Below, piece by piece: positions 18,028-26,582 of a stretch of 64,000 nucleotides of DNA. The notes beneath the pieces are model-generated. The model had not been told where the DNA came from and did no database searches. It saw nothing but the letters and a program-made list of their open reading frames with translations. This DNA comes from Candidatus Nomurabacteria bacterium (GTDB taxonomy: Bacteria; Patescibacteriota; Minisyncoccia; Phycocordibacterales; UBA918). Made by a program: the position numbers and the translations under genes. Within the stretch, counting starts at the first letter, position 1. Each line of letters starts with the position of its first letter. The DNA is taken from NCBI GenBank assembly GCA_020632075.1, contig JACKGH010000001.1, positions 857,778 to 921,777 of the forward strand, in the 5' to 3' direction.

Positions 18028-18837
18028 CTATGCTGCCAGCCCTTGATAGTAGTAGATCTTGGCGATGGCTTGATACAGATAGCTGCGTACATAGTGCCAA
18101 TCAAGTGGCTCGTTGAGTGCGTCGCCGCTTGGCCGCAATTTGCCCTGAGCATCGAAGCTGATGCGTGGGAACTCTGCCAGAACGGGATCAAGCAGGTGTA
18201 GTGAGGTTGGACCAAGTCCGCCAGCCACGACAAGTTGCAGCTGTGGTATACGCTCGCTGATCTCGCGCAAGAATGGCAACATGGCCATTGCATCCATGCC
18301 AAGTCCCATGCCCATGCTCTTATCAAGCAGGACACGATCAACGACGCCTGTGTAGCGATCGAGGTACTCAGCAACCCGCTTTGGATCATCACCGCACATC
18401 GCTTGAGCCTTCTTTCCGATCTGCATGATCACCTCGATATTTTTCCCAGTCCGGTGCATGGCCTTGTGGACATTGTCGGGGTCAGGCCAGGTCATGTCGA
18501 GCTGAATTGCGCGAAGGTTCTCTCCGCCGTAGGAAAGTGCGCGGACCAGCTCGTCCTCGATTCCGGTGCTGTAGTCGAAGTTGGCGTAGTGGAGGCAATT
18601 GTAGGCTTCAGGGTAGCTGAAGATTCTGGCAATGTTTTCCTTGGGCGGGAAGGCTTTTGCCCACTTGGTTTCAATCCCCATCAGCGTCTTGCGGCTCATC
18701 ATAACACCGACATGCAGGACGCGATCAAATAAAGGGTCAGAAAAAGTGAGATCGTCCATAAATCCGAGCATATCCCGTACTTGCTCGGGACTGGTGAAAT
18801 CAGTGATGCCGATGTAGGGCATGTGTGACTGACGCAT
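18028..18837 (-). CDS. TIM-barrel protein resembling phosphoribosylanthranilate isomerase (TrpF-like), function unclear
   Basis: N-terminal IGITDFT resembles the (V/I)CG(I/L)T of TrpF. C-terminal LVVAGGLGPTSL resembles LLAGGLxxxN. No other trp genes are in the window. Confidence 0.35.
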   Translation of the reverse strand: MRQSHMPYIGITDFTSPEQVRDMLGFMDDLTFSDPLFDRVLHVGVMMSRKTLMGIETKWAKAFPPKENIARIFSYPEAYNCLHYANFDYSTGIEDELVRALSYGGENLRAIQLDMTWPDPDNVHKAMHRTGKNIEVIMQIGKKAQAMCGDDPKRVAEYLDRYTGVVDRVLLDKSMGMGLGMDAMAMLPFLREISERIPQLQLVVAGGLGPTSLHLLDPVLAEFPRISFDAQGKLRPSGDALNEPLDWHYVRSYLYQAIAKIYYYQGLAA

Positions 18838-18902
18838 CTGCTTCTCCTTTGGTGTGCTGTGTGTCTAGGTGAAAGATAGTTTTTGTCGGGGAGAAAGTCA
18901 AG

Positions 18903-18942
18903 AAAAGCGGGCGGGCCCCTTTAGGGGTCCGCCCGCTTTTCT
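18903..18942. terminator. Bidirectional hairpin terminator
   Basis: AAAAGCGGGCGGGCCCCTTTAGGGGTCCGCCCGCTTTTC. Confidence 0.65.
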
Positions 18943-18959
18943 TGAAGTGTCGTAAGGAT

Positions 18960-19568
18960 TTATTTGTACACCTTATCGACAATACCGTACTTCATTGCTT
19001 CGTCAGCGTCCATGAAGAAGTCACGGTCGGTGTCTTTCTCCACCTGAGCCAGCTTCTGTCCAGTCGCTTTTGCAAGCATCGTATTGAGACGGTTCTTTGT
19101 CTTGATGATGTGCTTGGCAGTGATCTCAATGTCTGACGCTTGTCCTTGTGCGCCACCCCATGGCTGGTGGATCATCACTTCGGCGTTTGGCAGGATGAAT
19201 CGCTTACCCTTCTGGCCTTGTGAGAGGATGATTGATCCCATTGATGCCGCCATACCAACACACACGGTCGCCACGTCTGGCTTGATGTGGTTCATGGTGT
19301 CGACGATCGAGAGGCCAGCGGTCACGCTCCCTCCTGGTGAGTTTACGTAGAGGTAGATGTCTTTCTTTGGGTCTTCACTTTCAAGGAAGAGCAGCTGAGC
19401 GGTGATCAATCCAGCCATGTGGTCTTCGATAGGGCCAGTCACAAAGATAATGCGCTCCTTGAGGAGGCGAGAGAAGATATCGAACGCTCGTTCACCACCG
19501 ACGGTCTTCTCGATCACCATCGGTACCAGTTGTGCTGCCGGAAGGTTGGTTTCTTTTTCGTTGTTCAT
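18960..19568 (-). CDS. clpP: ATP-dependent Clp protease proteolytic subunit
   Basis: Ser-His-Asp triad context ([16 protein letters not shown]). 202 aa. Confidence 0.9.
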   Translation of the reverse strand: MNNEKETNLPAAQLVPMVIEKTVGGERAFDIFSRLLKERIIFVTGPIEDHMAGLITAQLLFLESEDPKKDIYLYVNSPGGSVTAGLSIVDTMNHIKPDVATVCVGMAASMGSIILSQGQKGKRFILPNAEVMIHQPWGGAQGQASDIEITAKHIIKTKNRLNTMLAKATGQKLAQVEKDTDRDFFMDADEAMKYGIVDKVYK

Positions 19569-19628
19569 AAAATTTCGGGTTTCAATGTGTTAGTACTTCG
19601 CAATCGTACTGAAAAATTGAGTAAAAGT

Positions 19629-19732
19629 AAAACCAGCCGCCGAGTGTTCTTCAGACACGGATCAAGTCCTATGCTCAGGCGTTTAGGATACGCCTTCCGC
19701 AATGTCCTCAAAACACTCGGCGGCTGGTTTTT
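19629..19732 (-). promoter_or_regulatory. Long intergenic hairpin between tig and clpP (19-bp perfect stem enclosing about 65 nt with inner hairpin)
   Basis: AAACCAGCCGCCGAGTGTT ... AACACTCGGCGGCTGGTTT. The interior contains AGGCGT-ttaggat-ACGCCT. Confidence 0.45.
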
Positions 19733-19738
19733 ACTGAC

Positions 19739-20857
19739 CTACTTCTCCTCCAAACTCTTCATCACATCTTCATTGAGGAGAACTGATGCGACATAGAGTC
19801 GTACGCGGTGTTCATCAGCATCCTTGAAGCGTTCCATGAGCTCCTTGGTCTGTTCGTTCACTTTCTCAATATCAGGCACGATCTCTTCTTTCTTAGCGAT
19901 CTCATTTAGAACGAGCTGCAGTTTTGCTCGCTTTTCTGCGGCTGGGGTCCATTCTTTCTTGAGGTCGTCACGAGTCTTCTTAATGTGGGCAAGGTAGTCT
20001 TCCATCTTGAGGTCAGCGCGTTTGATGTCTTCTTCCATCTGCGCAAACATTTGATTGATCTCTGAATCAATAAGGATCTGCGGGAGAATGATCTCGGTCT
20101 TGTCGATGATCGCGTCGGTGAGGTCGCCGCGGTGCTTGGTAGCGTTCTGTTGCTTCTTCTCGATCTCAAGGTGCTCACGAAGCTTTGTCTTGAAATCGTC
20201 AACCGTTTCAAATTGACCAGGCTGCCCAAGGGTTTTTACGTATTCGTCGGTGAGTTCTGGCAGTGGCGCATCTCCTTCGTCTTTCTTTTCCGCTTCTGGT
20301 TCCGCATTTTCATCTTGCTGCTTCTGCGCCAGTTCCTGCATGCGTTCGTAGGCACGCTTCTGCTTCTGGATCTCCTTGATCTTCTCAGTAACTTCTTCGT
20401 CAGCCACTTCGTCAGTCGGACGATTCTTATTGAGATCCTTGGCGATCTTTTCATATTCAGGAAGATCAAATTTTGGAATGACTGCCACGGTGACAGTGAA
20501 GCTGAGTGGATTCTCTGGAGCGATCTTGGTTACTTCGATCTGCGGGTGACCGATCACTTCAAGTTTGTGCTCTTCTACGATGTGTGGGTACGCGTGTGAG
20601 ATTGCGCGTTCTGCCATCTCGCCGAGAATGGTCATTTCACCAAGGTGCTTTTCGAGTACTGGGGTAGGAACATGGCCCTTGCGGAAACCGTCGAGCTCTA
20701 CGTTCTTCCCGAGTGCAACGAGTGCTGCTTTGCGTTCACTTAGAAGCTCAGCGTATGGGAGTTCGCCAGTGATCTTCACCATTGAACCGTCGAGTTCTTC
20801 GACGGTAAATGCTTTTTTAAAATCGACCTCGTGGGTATGAGAATGTGATTGTGACAT
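19739..20857 (-). CDS. tig: Trigger factor
   Basis: N-terminal ribosome-binding domain, PPIase-like middle and C-terminal chaperone arm. Start set at MSQSHSHTHEVDFKKAF. It sits in the usual tig-clpP context. Confidence 0.8.
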   Translation of the reverse strand: MSQSHSHTHEVDFKKAFTVEELDGSMVKITGELPYAELLSERKAALVALGKNVELDGFRKGHVPTPVLEKHLGEMTILGEMAERAISHAYPHIVEEHKLEVIGHPQIEVTKIAPENPLSFTVTVAVIPKFDLPEYEKIAKDLNKNRPTDEVADEEVTEKIKEIQKQKRAYERMQELAQKQQDENAEPEAEKKDEGDAPLPELTDEYVKTLGQPGQFETVDDFKTKLREHLEIEKKQQNATKHRGDLTDAIIDKTEIILPQILIDSEINQMFAQMEEDIKRADLKMEDYLAHIKKTRDDLKKEWTPAAEKRAKLQLVLNEIAKKEEIVPDIEKVNEQTKELMERFKDADEHRVRLYVASVLLNEDVMKSLEEK

Positions 20858-20909
20858 AGTGTCCGCCAGTGTACGTAACTTTGACGAAATTGCAACCGGT
20901 GGAGGACGT

Positions 20910-20938
20910 AAAAGGCCGGCCCCGAAGGGGCCGGCCTT
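20910..20938. terminator. Hairpin terminator GGCCGGCCCCGAAGGGGCCGGCC
   Basis: Perfect GC stem with a CGAA-type loop, flanked by A/T runs. One of a recurrent family in this window. Confidence 0.65.
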
Positions 20939-20955
20939 CATACACCTCACATCTT

Positions 20956-21381
20956 CTATTGTCCTTCGAGTGCCGCATCTAGTTCGGCATCGATAGCATC
21001 AAGTTCAGCATCAAGACTGTCTAGATCGGTCGATTCGAGATCTGCTTCGATCGCGCTGATCTCGTCTGAAGTGCTAACAGTTGTGAGAACTTCAGTTTGT
21101 GCTTCTGCGGTCGTGCTTTCTGGTTCGTTGTTTTCTTCTGGAGTTGGGCGTTCTACTACTGGTGCAACTGGCGCTGGAGCTGGCTGGTTCATAGTGCTGA
21201 GCCAGTAGTACATACCACCGAGGATCACAATGAGTAGCGCCACCAGCATAGCGAGGATCGGTCCGGTGACCATGCTCTTTTCAGCAGCTTGTCCTACCTC
21301 AGTCGCGTCAGTGTTTTCAGGCATCTTCATGACTTCGCCTTCGTAGTGTGGAGTTTGGATGTCGTTTTGTTCTTCATTCAT
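20956..21381 (-). CDS. Membrane-anchored hypothetical protein with an acidic Asp/Glu/Leu-rich C-terminus
   Basis: Central TM helix (ILAMLVALLIVILGGMYYWL). C-terminal EADLESTDLDSLDAELDAIDAELDAALEGQ. Confidence 0.45.
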   Translation of the reverse strand: MNEEQNDIQTPHYEGEVMKMPENTDATEVGQAAEKSMVTGPILAMLVALLIVILGGMYYWLSTMNQPAPAPVAPVVERPTPEENNEPESTTAEAQTEVLTTVSTSDEISAIEADLESTDLDSLDAELDAIDAELDAALEGQ

Positions 21382-21401
21382 GGTGTTGATTTGTTATGTT
21401 G

Positions 21402-22190
21402 CTACTCAGCTTCTTCTGAATCAGGTGTACTAGAGCCAGCGTTGGCACGTACTGCATTGCTGACGCCTTGTCCGAGCTCAGCGGCCGCGGCTGCTTCCTT
21501 TAAGGCTGCCACGGTAGCGCGGAGTTCCGTCTGAGCGGTCTTGAGGTGGTCTCGAACGGTAGTGATGATCTCGCGGACGGTCTCCCAGGCAACGCGGACA
21601 TCCTCTGAACCAACCGCCTCTGCGACTGCTTCGTCGATACCGGCGATCGCGTCAGCAGCAGCATCAACTGAGAGTTGGGCTGAAGCGAGGGCAGCTTCTG
21701 CTTCGCTCGTATCGACTCCAAGTTCATCGAGCTTCTCAATGCGTGAGGCGAGTCGATCAATGATGTTCTGGATGCGCGCGATCGCTGCGTCGATCCGGTT
21801 ACTCATGTTGGCAGCGAGGTTGGTCACTCGTTCTTGTACTCGCTCTTGGAGCTGAGCCCGACGTTCCTCCATATTTTGCTGCACTTCCTCACGCTTTTCT
21901 TGCAGCTGTTCTTTGCGAGCTTCGGTAGTGCTGGCAAGTTCCTCGCGACGTTCTTCCATTTCAGCTTTGCGCTCTTCCATATTCTCTTGGAATTCCTCAC
22001 GTCGATCCTCCATGTTTGCCTCAAACTGAGCACGACGTTCTGCAGCAGGTGAGTTGAGTGCCGGTGGGTTATCTTCTGGCCCAGTGTAATCCGTGTCACT
22101 AGTGTTCTCTTGCGCAAGTGCTAGTGCAGCGCCTGCAAACAGAGCGAGAAAGACCACGTGCGTCACAATAATATGTGTAATTGCTTTCAT
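21402..22190 (-). CDS. Secreted coiled-coil protein with tandem MEERR(A/E)E-type repeats
   Basis: Signal peptide MKAITHIIVTHVVFLALFAGAALALAQ. Repeats NMEDRREEFQENMEERKAEMEERREEL...QNMEERRAQLQERVQERV are also visible as DNA-level direct repeats around 21840-22030. Confidence 0.5.
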   Translation of the reverse strand: MKAITHIIVTHVVFLALFAGAALALAQENTSDTDYTGPEDNPPALNSPAAERRAQFEANMEDRREEFQENMEERKAEMEERREELASTTEARKEQLQEKREEVQQNMEERRAQLQERVQERVTNLAANMSNRIDAAIARIQNIIDRLASRIEKLDELGVDTSEAEAALASAQLSVDAAADAIAGIDEAVAEAVGSEDVRVAWETVREIITTVRDHLKTAQTELRATVAALKEAAAAAELGQGVSNAVRANAGSSTPDSEEAE

Positions 22191-22369
22191 ATATAACAAA
22201 CCTTCATAAATATGCCCATGAACAGGCATCCCTACTTGTATTCTTAAAGTATAGCGCCGCTCGGGCGGATGCCCGAGCGGCGCTATACACACCTCGCCCA
22301 AAAACCCTTGTTTTACTTCAAAAATACTGTTTGCATGCTATAATCCGCTGCATAAAACCCATAAATATC

Positions 22370-22900
22370 ATGACAGATTACAACAAACTCTATACTCCAG
22401 GAGATCTCGAAAATGGCCTTATCAATACGGTAGTAGAGATTCCAAAAGGGTCGATGCTAAAAGTTGAGTACAACCGTGAGAAGTGCACCTTTGAGCTTGA
22501 CCGAGTAGAGCCTGAGATCTTCGCCAAGCCAACCAACTATGGCTTCATTCCAGGTACTCTCGACGAAGATGGTGATGAGCTCGATACATTGCTCGTGTGT
22601 CCAGAAGAAATTCCACTCGGCGTGGTGGTAGAGGCGCGAATCATTGGTGTTCTCAACTTCGAAGATGATGGCGAGATGGACCACAAGGTTATCTGTGTTC
22701 CAGCTGACGAGCGCGATAGCGGCAATGCGATCCAATCGCTTGAAGACCTCCCAGAACAGTGGAAGCGCAAGGTGGAGTACCACTTCAATACCTACAAAGA
22801 CCTTAAGAAGCCAGGTACGACTAAAGTGCTCGGCTACGGTGACGCAAAGGAAGCAGTAGCGGTGATCGAGGATTGTATTAAGCGGTTTGGTGAGCAGTAG
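22370..22900 (+). CDS. ppa: Inorganic pyrophosphatase (family I)
   Basis: DEDGDELDTLLV plus conserved Lys/Glu/Tyr residues. Start moved to MTDYNKLYTPGDLENG, with a TATAAT box upstream at about 22339. Confidence 0.85.
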   Translation: MTDYNKLYTPGDLENGLINTVVEIPKGSMLKVEYNREKCTFELDRVEPEIFAKPTNYGFIPGTLDEDGDELDTLLVCPEEIPLGVVVEARIIGVLNFEDDGEMDHKVICVPADERDSGNAIQSLEDLPEQWKRKVEYHFNTYKDLKKPGTTKVLGYGDAKEAVAVIEDCIKRFGEQ

Positions 22901-22916
22901 TCTCACTTAAGTAGAG

Positions 22917-22953
22917 TAAAAGCGGCGGGGTCACTTCGTGACCCCGCCGCTTT
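22917..22953 (+). terminator. Hairpin terminator
   Basis: AAAAGCGGCGGGGTCACTTCGTGACCCCGCCGCTTTT. Confidence 0.65.
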
Positions 22954-23025
22954 TACCTTGAAAAATCAGCCAAATTCAGGCATCCTGCAGGTAGTCGTAC
23001 AACTCTGCAAAGCGAGGAAAAGCTG

Positions 23026-23352
23026 ATGGGTAAGAAGTGTACAAAACTTGGGAAAAAGGTTTATGAACTCACGAAGGGAGCTTCGTCGGATTCAGATGTG
23101 AGTCAGGTCAACGATATTCTCGAGACCTGCGCAGATGATGATGAATCCCGTGTGATTCGGTGGGCACTGAAGGCACTCGGTCCAAAGGGCAAGAAAAAAC
23201 TTGGTCCATTTGCTAAACGTGCTTTGATGGAGTTTTTGACGCATCATCAAGTCAGCTTGACCAGCAAACAACGTAAGCGATTTGAGGAAAGAAAGTTTGA
23301 TCTACCAAAAGAGCTTCGGTTGCAGTTTGGGGTCAAGCGGAGTTCAAAATGA
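23026..23352 (+). CDS. Small basic hypothetical protein (108 aa)
   Basis: ORF with RBS GAGGAAAAG, followed by hairpin CAGCGGCACAGCCGCTG plus a T-run at 23358-23381. Confidence 0.4.
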   Translation: MGKKCTKLGKKVYELTKGASSDSDVSQVNDILETCADDDESRVIRWALKALGPKGKKKLGPFAKRALMEFLTHHQVSLTSKQRKRFEERKFDLPKELRLQFGVKRSSK

Positions 23353-23433
23353 ACAAACAGCGGCACAGCCGCTGTTTTTTTATATATAAAAGGCCGGCCC
23401 CGAAGGGCCGGCACTTTTTGTATGTTGTATTAT

Positions 23434-24885
23434 TTAATCCTTCTTTTCTTCTTCTGCCTTCTCAATTTCCTCTACAATTTCTTCATCTACCGCTGGAGCT
23501 AACTCTTCCTCTGCTTCTTCTGGAGTATCAATCTCGTCTTCTTCATCAGCACCAGTATCATCGCGGTCGCTGGTCTCGTCTACTTCCTCGAGGACTTCCT
23601 CAATGTCTGGCTTGGTGGTAGTAGCGTCTTCGTTCTCAAGTGCATCATCGTCACTACCAGCCGCGGTGTCGATCGGTGCTTCAAGATCTACCTCACCGTC
23701 TGCATCTGCTTCAGCGAGATCTTCTCCGGTAGCAGCCGAAACGATATCGATCTTCCAGCCAGTAAGCTTGGCAGCGAGGCGAACGTTTTGTCCACCACGG
23801 CCGATCGCAAGTGATTGCTGGTCTGGAGCCACTTCAGCGACCGCGTGTCCACGTTCGTGTTCCTCTTCATTTGGTTCAGATTCGATGGTGATACCAAGCA
23901 CTTGGGCTGGTGAAAGCGCATCCTCAATGAATTCGTCGATCTCTGGTGACCATTCAATAATATCGATCTTTTCACCACCGAGTTCGCTCATGACAGTCGA
24001 TACACGAACGCCGCGTTGTCCCACAAGAGAACCAACTGGGTCGATGTGATCATCATGTGCGTATACAGCGATCTTGCTGCGAGCACCAGCTTCGCGGGCG
24101 ACTGCCTTCACTTCCACGGCCCCGGTCTGAAGCTCTGGAGCTTCAACAGTAAAGAGGGCCACCAAGAAGTCTGGGTGTGAACGTGATAGCTTAAGGAAGA
24201 TACCTCGTGGAGTCTCTTCAACCGCTAGCAAGATAGCACGTAGTCTTTCTCCTGGTTTGAATCGTTCACCGGGAATTTGCTCTTCGTACGGCATGATCGC
24301 AGTGACACGACCAAGATCGACGTACAGATTACCGCGTTCAAAGCGCTGCACGTGGCCGATCACGATATCGCCAGCTTTCTGACCGAATTCTGCGAGGGCT
24401 GATTCTTTTTCTGCCTCACGGATCTTTTGCATGATCACCTGCTTCGCGGTCTGAGCTGCGATACGACCAAAATCATCCTTACTTTCAAGCGGGAACACGA
24501 GTTCTTCGCCAAGTTCAACATCCTTCTTGATCATCTTTGCAGTGTTGATCATGATGTGCTTCTCTTCGTCGAAACGTACTCGTGTATCCTCTTCTTCGCC
24601 TTCTACCGGTTCCTCCTCCTCTACTTCGATCGGATTGCCATCTTCATCGAGTTCTGGTTCAGGCTTCAGCATGCTCTCATCAACCACGATCTTGATCTGG
24701 TTGAAGACAGTTGCGCCTGTTTCCATGTCAAATTTACACGTGATGATCTGTCCACGCTTTCCAAATTCTTTCTTGTATGCAGTCGCCAGTGATTGCTCGA
24801 TCGCGTCGATCATGCGTGCGCGTGGAATTCCACGCTCTTCTTCCATTTCTCCGAGGACTGAGTTAATTACTTTAAGGTCAAACAT
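23434..24885 (-). CDS. nusA: Transcription termination/antitermination factor NusA with a long acidic C-terminal tail
   Basis: N-terminal domain, S1 domain and two KH domains (GQNVRLAAKLTGWKIDI), then a Glu/Asp-rich C-terminal extension of about 120 aa. Start set at MFDLKVINSVLGE. Confidence 0.85.
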   Translation of the reverse strand: MFDLKVINSVLGEMEEERGIPRARMIDAIEQSLATAYKKEFGKRGQIITCKFDMETGATVFNQIKIVVDESMLKPEPELDEDGNPIEVEEEEPVEGEEEDTRVRFDEEKHIMINTAKMIKKDVELGEELVFPLESKDDFGRIAAQTAKQVIMQKIREAEKESALAEFGQKAGDIVIGHVQRFERGNLYVDLGRVTAIMPYEEQIPGERFKPGERLRAILLAVEETPRGIFLKLSRSHPDFLVALFTVEAPELQTGAVEVKAVAREAGARSKIAVYAHDDHIDPVGSLVGQRGVRVSTVMSELGGEKIDIIEWSPEIDEFIEDALSPAQVLGITIESEPNEEEHERGHAVAEVAPDQQSLAIGRGGQNVRLAAKLTGWKIDIVSAATGEDLAEADADGEVDLEAPIDTAAGSDDDALENEDATTTKPDIEEVLEEVDETSDRDDTGADEEDEIDTPEEAEEELAPAVDEEIVEEIEKAEEEKKD

Positions 24886-25092
24886 TGTATTGTTTATTAC
24901 GTGTCGCATCATGACTTGTGCCATGCAATACCACACTAGTTTATTAAATTGTTATGTGTGGCGGCGGTTTTGCGGGCTCTGCCCAGCAAAACCGCCGCCT
25001 TCCTACGAAAGCTGCTCGGCCGAAGGCCGAGCAGTCATTCATCAGATATCGAGAGTATACCTGGCTGCTTGAAAAAGTCAAAAGACAGCGTA

Positions 25093-25130
25093 TGTATTGA
25101 CAATATGAATTTTTATGCTATTTTAAAAAG
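25093..25130 (+). promoter_or_regulatory. Promoter containing the motif TATTGACAATATG (copy 1)
   Basis: gtaTTGACAatatgaatttttatgcTATTTTaaaa, upstream of 25177..25467. A second copy lies at 26020. Confidence 0.4.
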
Positions 25131-25176
25131 GTAACTTTGTACAACCAAACCTGTCTCTAATAGAGGAGAAAGAAAC

Positions 25177-25467
25177 ATGGAAGCACTACCGATGAAAGTG
25201 GTTCGGGTTCAAGGCATAAGCCTTAAGACGGTCACTACTCAGGATGCGCTCAATCACATACTGGCGATAGAATTTTCGCAGGGAGTGAGTATCGGTTCTC
25301 CGGCCGATTATTTTCAGTCCGAAATTACTCGGATCAGCAAACGTCTCAGCGAGCTAATGGAACCGGGTGCCGTCGATGAAGATGGCGAGCCGGCTTCACA
25401 GAATCGGCTGCAGAACCTCGTTGGTGTTCGTGCTTACCAACAAGCGTATCTTGCGGTGGTAACGTAA
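25177..25467 (+). CDS. Hypothetical protein (96 aa)
   Basis: Strong RBS (AGAGGAGAAAG) and promoter motif upstream. Confidence 0.45.
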   Translation: MEALPMKVVRVQGISLKTVTTQDALNHILAIEFSQGVSIGSPADYFQSEITRISKRLSELMEPGAVDEDGEPASQNRLQNLVGVRAYQQAYLAVVT

Positions 25468-25593
25468 CACATCGCTATAAGAACATGCCCGATCGCATCC
25501 AGCGGTCGGGCTTTTTTTGTGTTTGACTATTTACTAATAGTGTATACACTACACTAAGTAAGTACATTTACATACGCAAGAGAGAGGTGTTCC

Positions 25594-25992
25594 ATGGCAC
25601 AGCAAAGATTAAATGACAAAGCAGCAGCACTGCACATGCTGCAGTTGCTGCGCGAGCGGATCGGTCAGTTTCCTGATCGGATGACGCCGAAGATCCCGTT
25701 TGCAGAGATCATGCAAACGGAGCGTCAGGTAGAAGTTATGCTCAAACTGGCATATGCAGCTGGCGCGAGTCGTGATGAGCTTGGTATCGCGGTCGGTGAG
25801 GTCGAGCGATTGGTCAAAAAGGCTCATATTTTGCGCGCTCGTTTCTGGCTGCGGCAGTTTCGCCGGGAAGGGCTTGGTTGCGGCGAGCTAGCAGCTCTAT
25901 TGGAACTGCTTGCAGTTGTTGTAGACCATGTTGGTCTACGAGCAGGTGAATATGATCGCTTGAAACAACAACAGCTATCGTGTGCGGCGTGA
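25594..25992 (+). CDS. Hypothetical protein (132 aa)
   Basis: ORF with RBS-like GAGAGAGGTG. No recognisable domains. Confidence 0.4.
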   Translation: MAQQRLNDKAAALHMLQLLRERIGQFPDRMTPKIPFAEIMQTERQVEVMLKLAYAAGASRDELGIAVGEVERLVKKAHILRARFWLRQFRREGLGCGELAALLELLAVVVDHVGLRAGEYDRLKQQQLSCAA

Positions 25993-26019
25993 AGCAAAGG
26001 CATGGCCATTGTGGCCGTA

Positions 26020-26060
26020 CTATTGACAATATGTATTTATATATGTATTGTTTATGAGTA
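26020..26060 (+). promoter_or_regulatory. Promoter containing the motif TATTGACAATATG (copy 2)
   Basis: ctaTTGACAatatgtatttatatatgTATTGT. The identical 13-mer is shared with 25093. Confidence 0.4.
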
Positions 26061-26097
26061 CACCGCTCTTAATCGATCACCCTATGGAGGAGAGATC

Positions 26098-26292
26098 ATG
26101 TGTCGAATCGTCAGTGTGCGAATGAACGGTATCGAGGAAAGGTCATACTGCAATGAGTGCCAGAGCTGGTACATCAGCTCTTGCCCGCATCGCTGGCCGC
26201 GGAGTACTGCTCCAGCCTCCCAATCTGGACAGTCGTTACAGCCCGATCGGACAGTGCGTATCCGGGACCCGCGGGTCCCGAGACTGTTCTAA
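26098..26292 (+). CDS. Small Cys-rich ORF (64 aa; MCRIVSVRMNGIEERSYCNECQSWYISSCPHRW...), coding status uncertain
   Basis: Consensus RBS GGAGGAGAG 5 nt before ATG. Four Cys and one His in the first 33 aa. The reading frame contains perfect palindromes (GGGACCCGCGGGTCCC, CCGATCGG). A terminator hairpin GCTGCGCTTCGGCGCAGC plus T-run lies at 26322-26346. Confidence 0.3.
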   Translation: MCRIVSVRMNGIEERSYCNECQSWYISSCPHRWPRSTAPASQSGQSLQPDRTVRIRDPRVPRLF

Positions 26293-26582
26293 GGTTGGGT
26301 CGCATCCACAACGTATTCTTAAGCTGCGCTTCGGCGCAGCTTTTTATGTGAAGAGTCGGACGTTGACAGAGTGTATTCAAAATTGAGTGGCAATCCGTGC
26401 ACATCTACACGTTTCATTTTTTCGCGATGCTATAATGTGCGTAACAAGTACCGGAGGTAAGGGTTCGTTTTTTGTCTGTATGCATTCGTACTGAGTGTTC
26501 CAGGAATTTGCGCTAGGAACGGCGCAAATTCGGAACTAAATTCAGAGTAATCACTACGTTCCTTTCTTCATTTATTTTAACT

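Noticed and set aside
19419-19796. 125-aa + strand ORF overlapping the clpP 5' end and the tig 3' end
   Set aside because: It is antisense to two conserved genes and covers the long intergenic hairpin. It has no support.
23603-25072. Ser-rich ORFs (23603-24049 and 24527-25072, + strand) opposite nusA
   Set aside because: They are antisense to the acidic tail and body of nusA. Their composition (poly-Ser) is the mirror of the GAA/GAG-rich sense strand.
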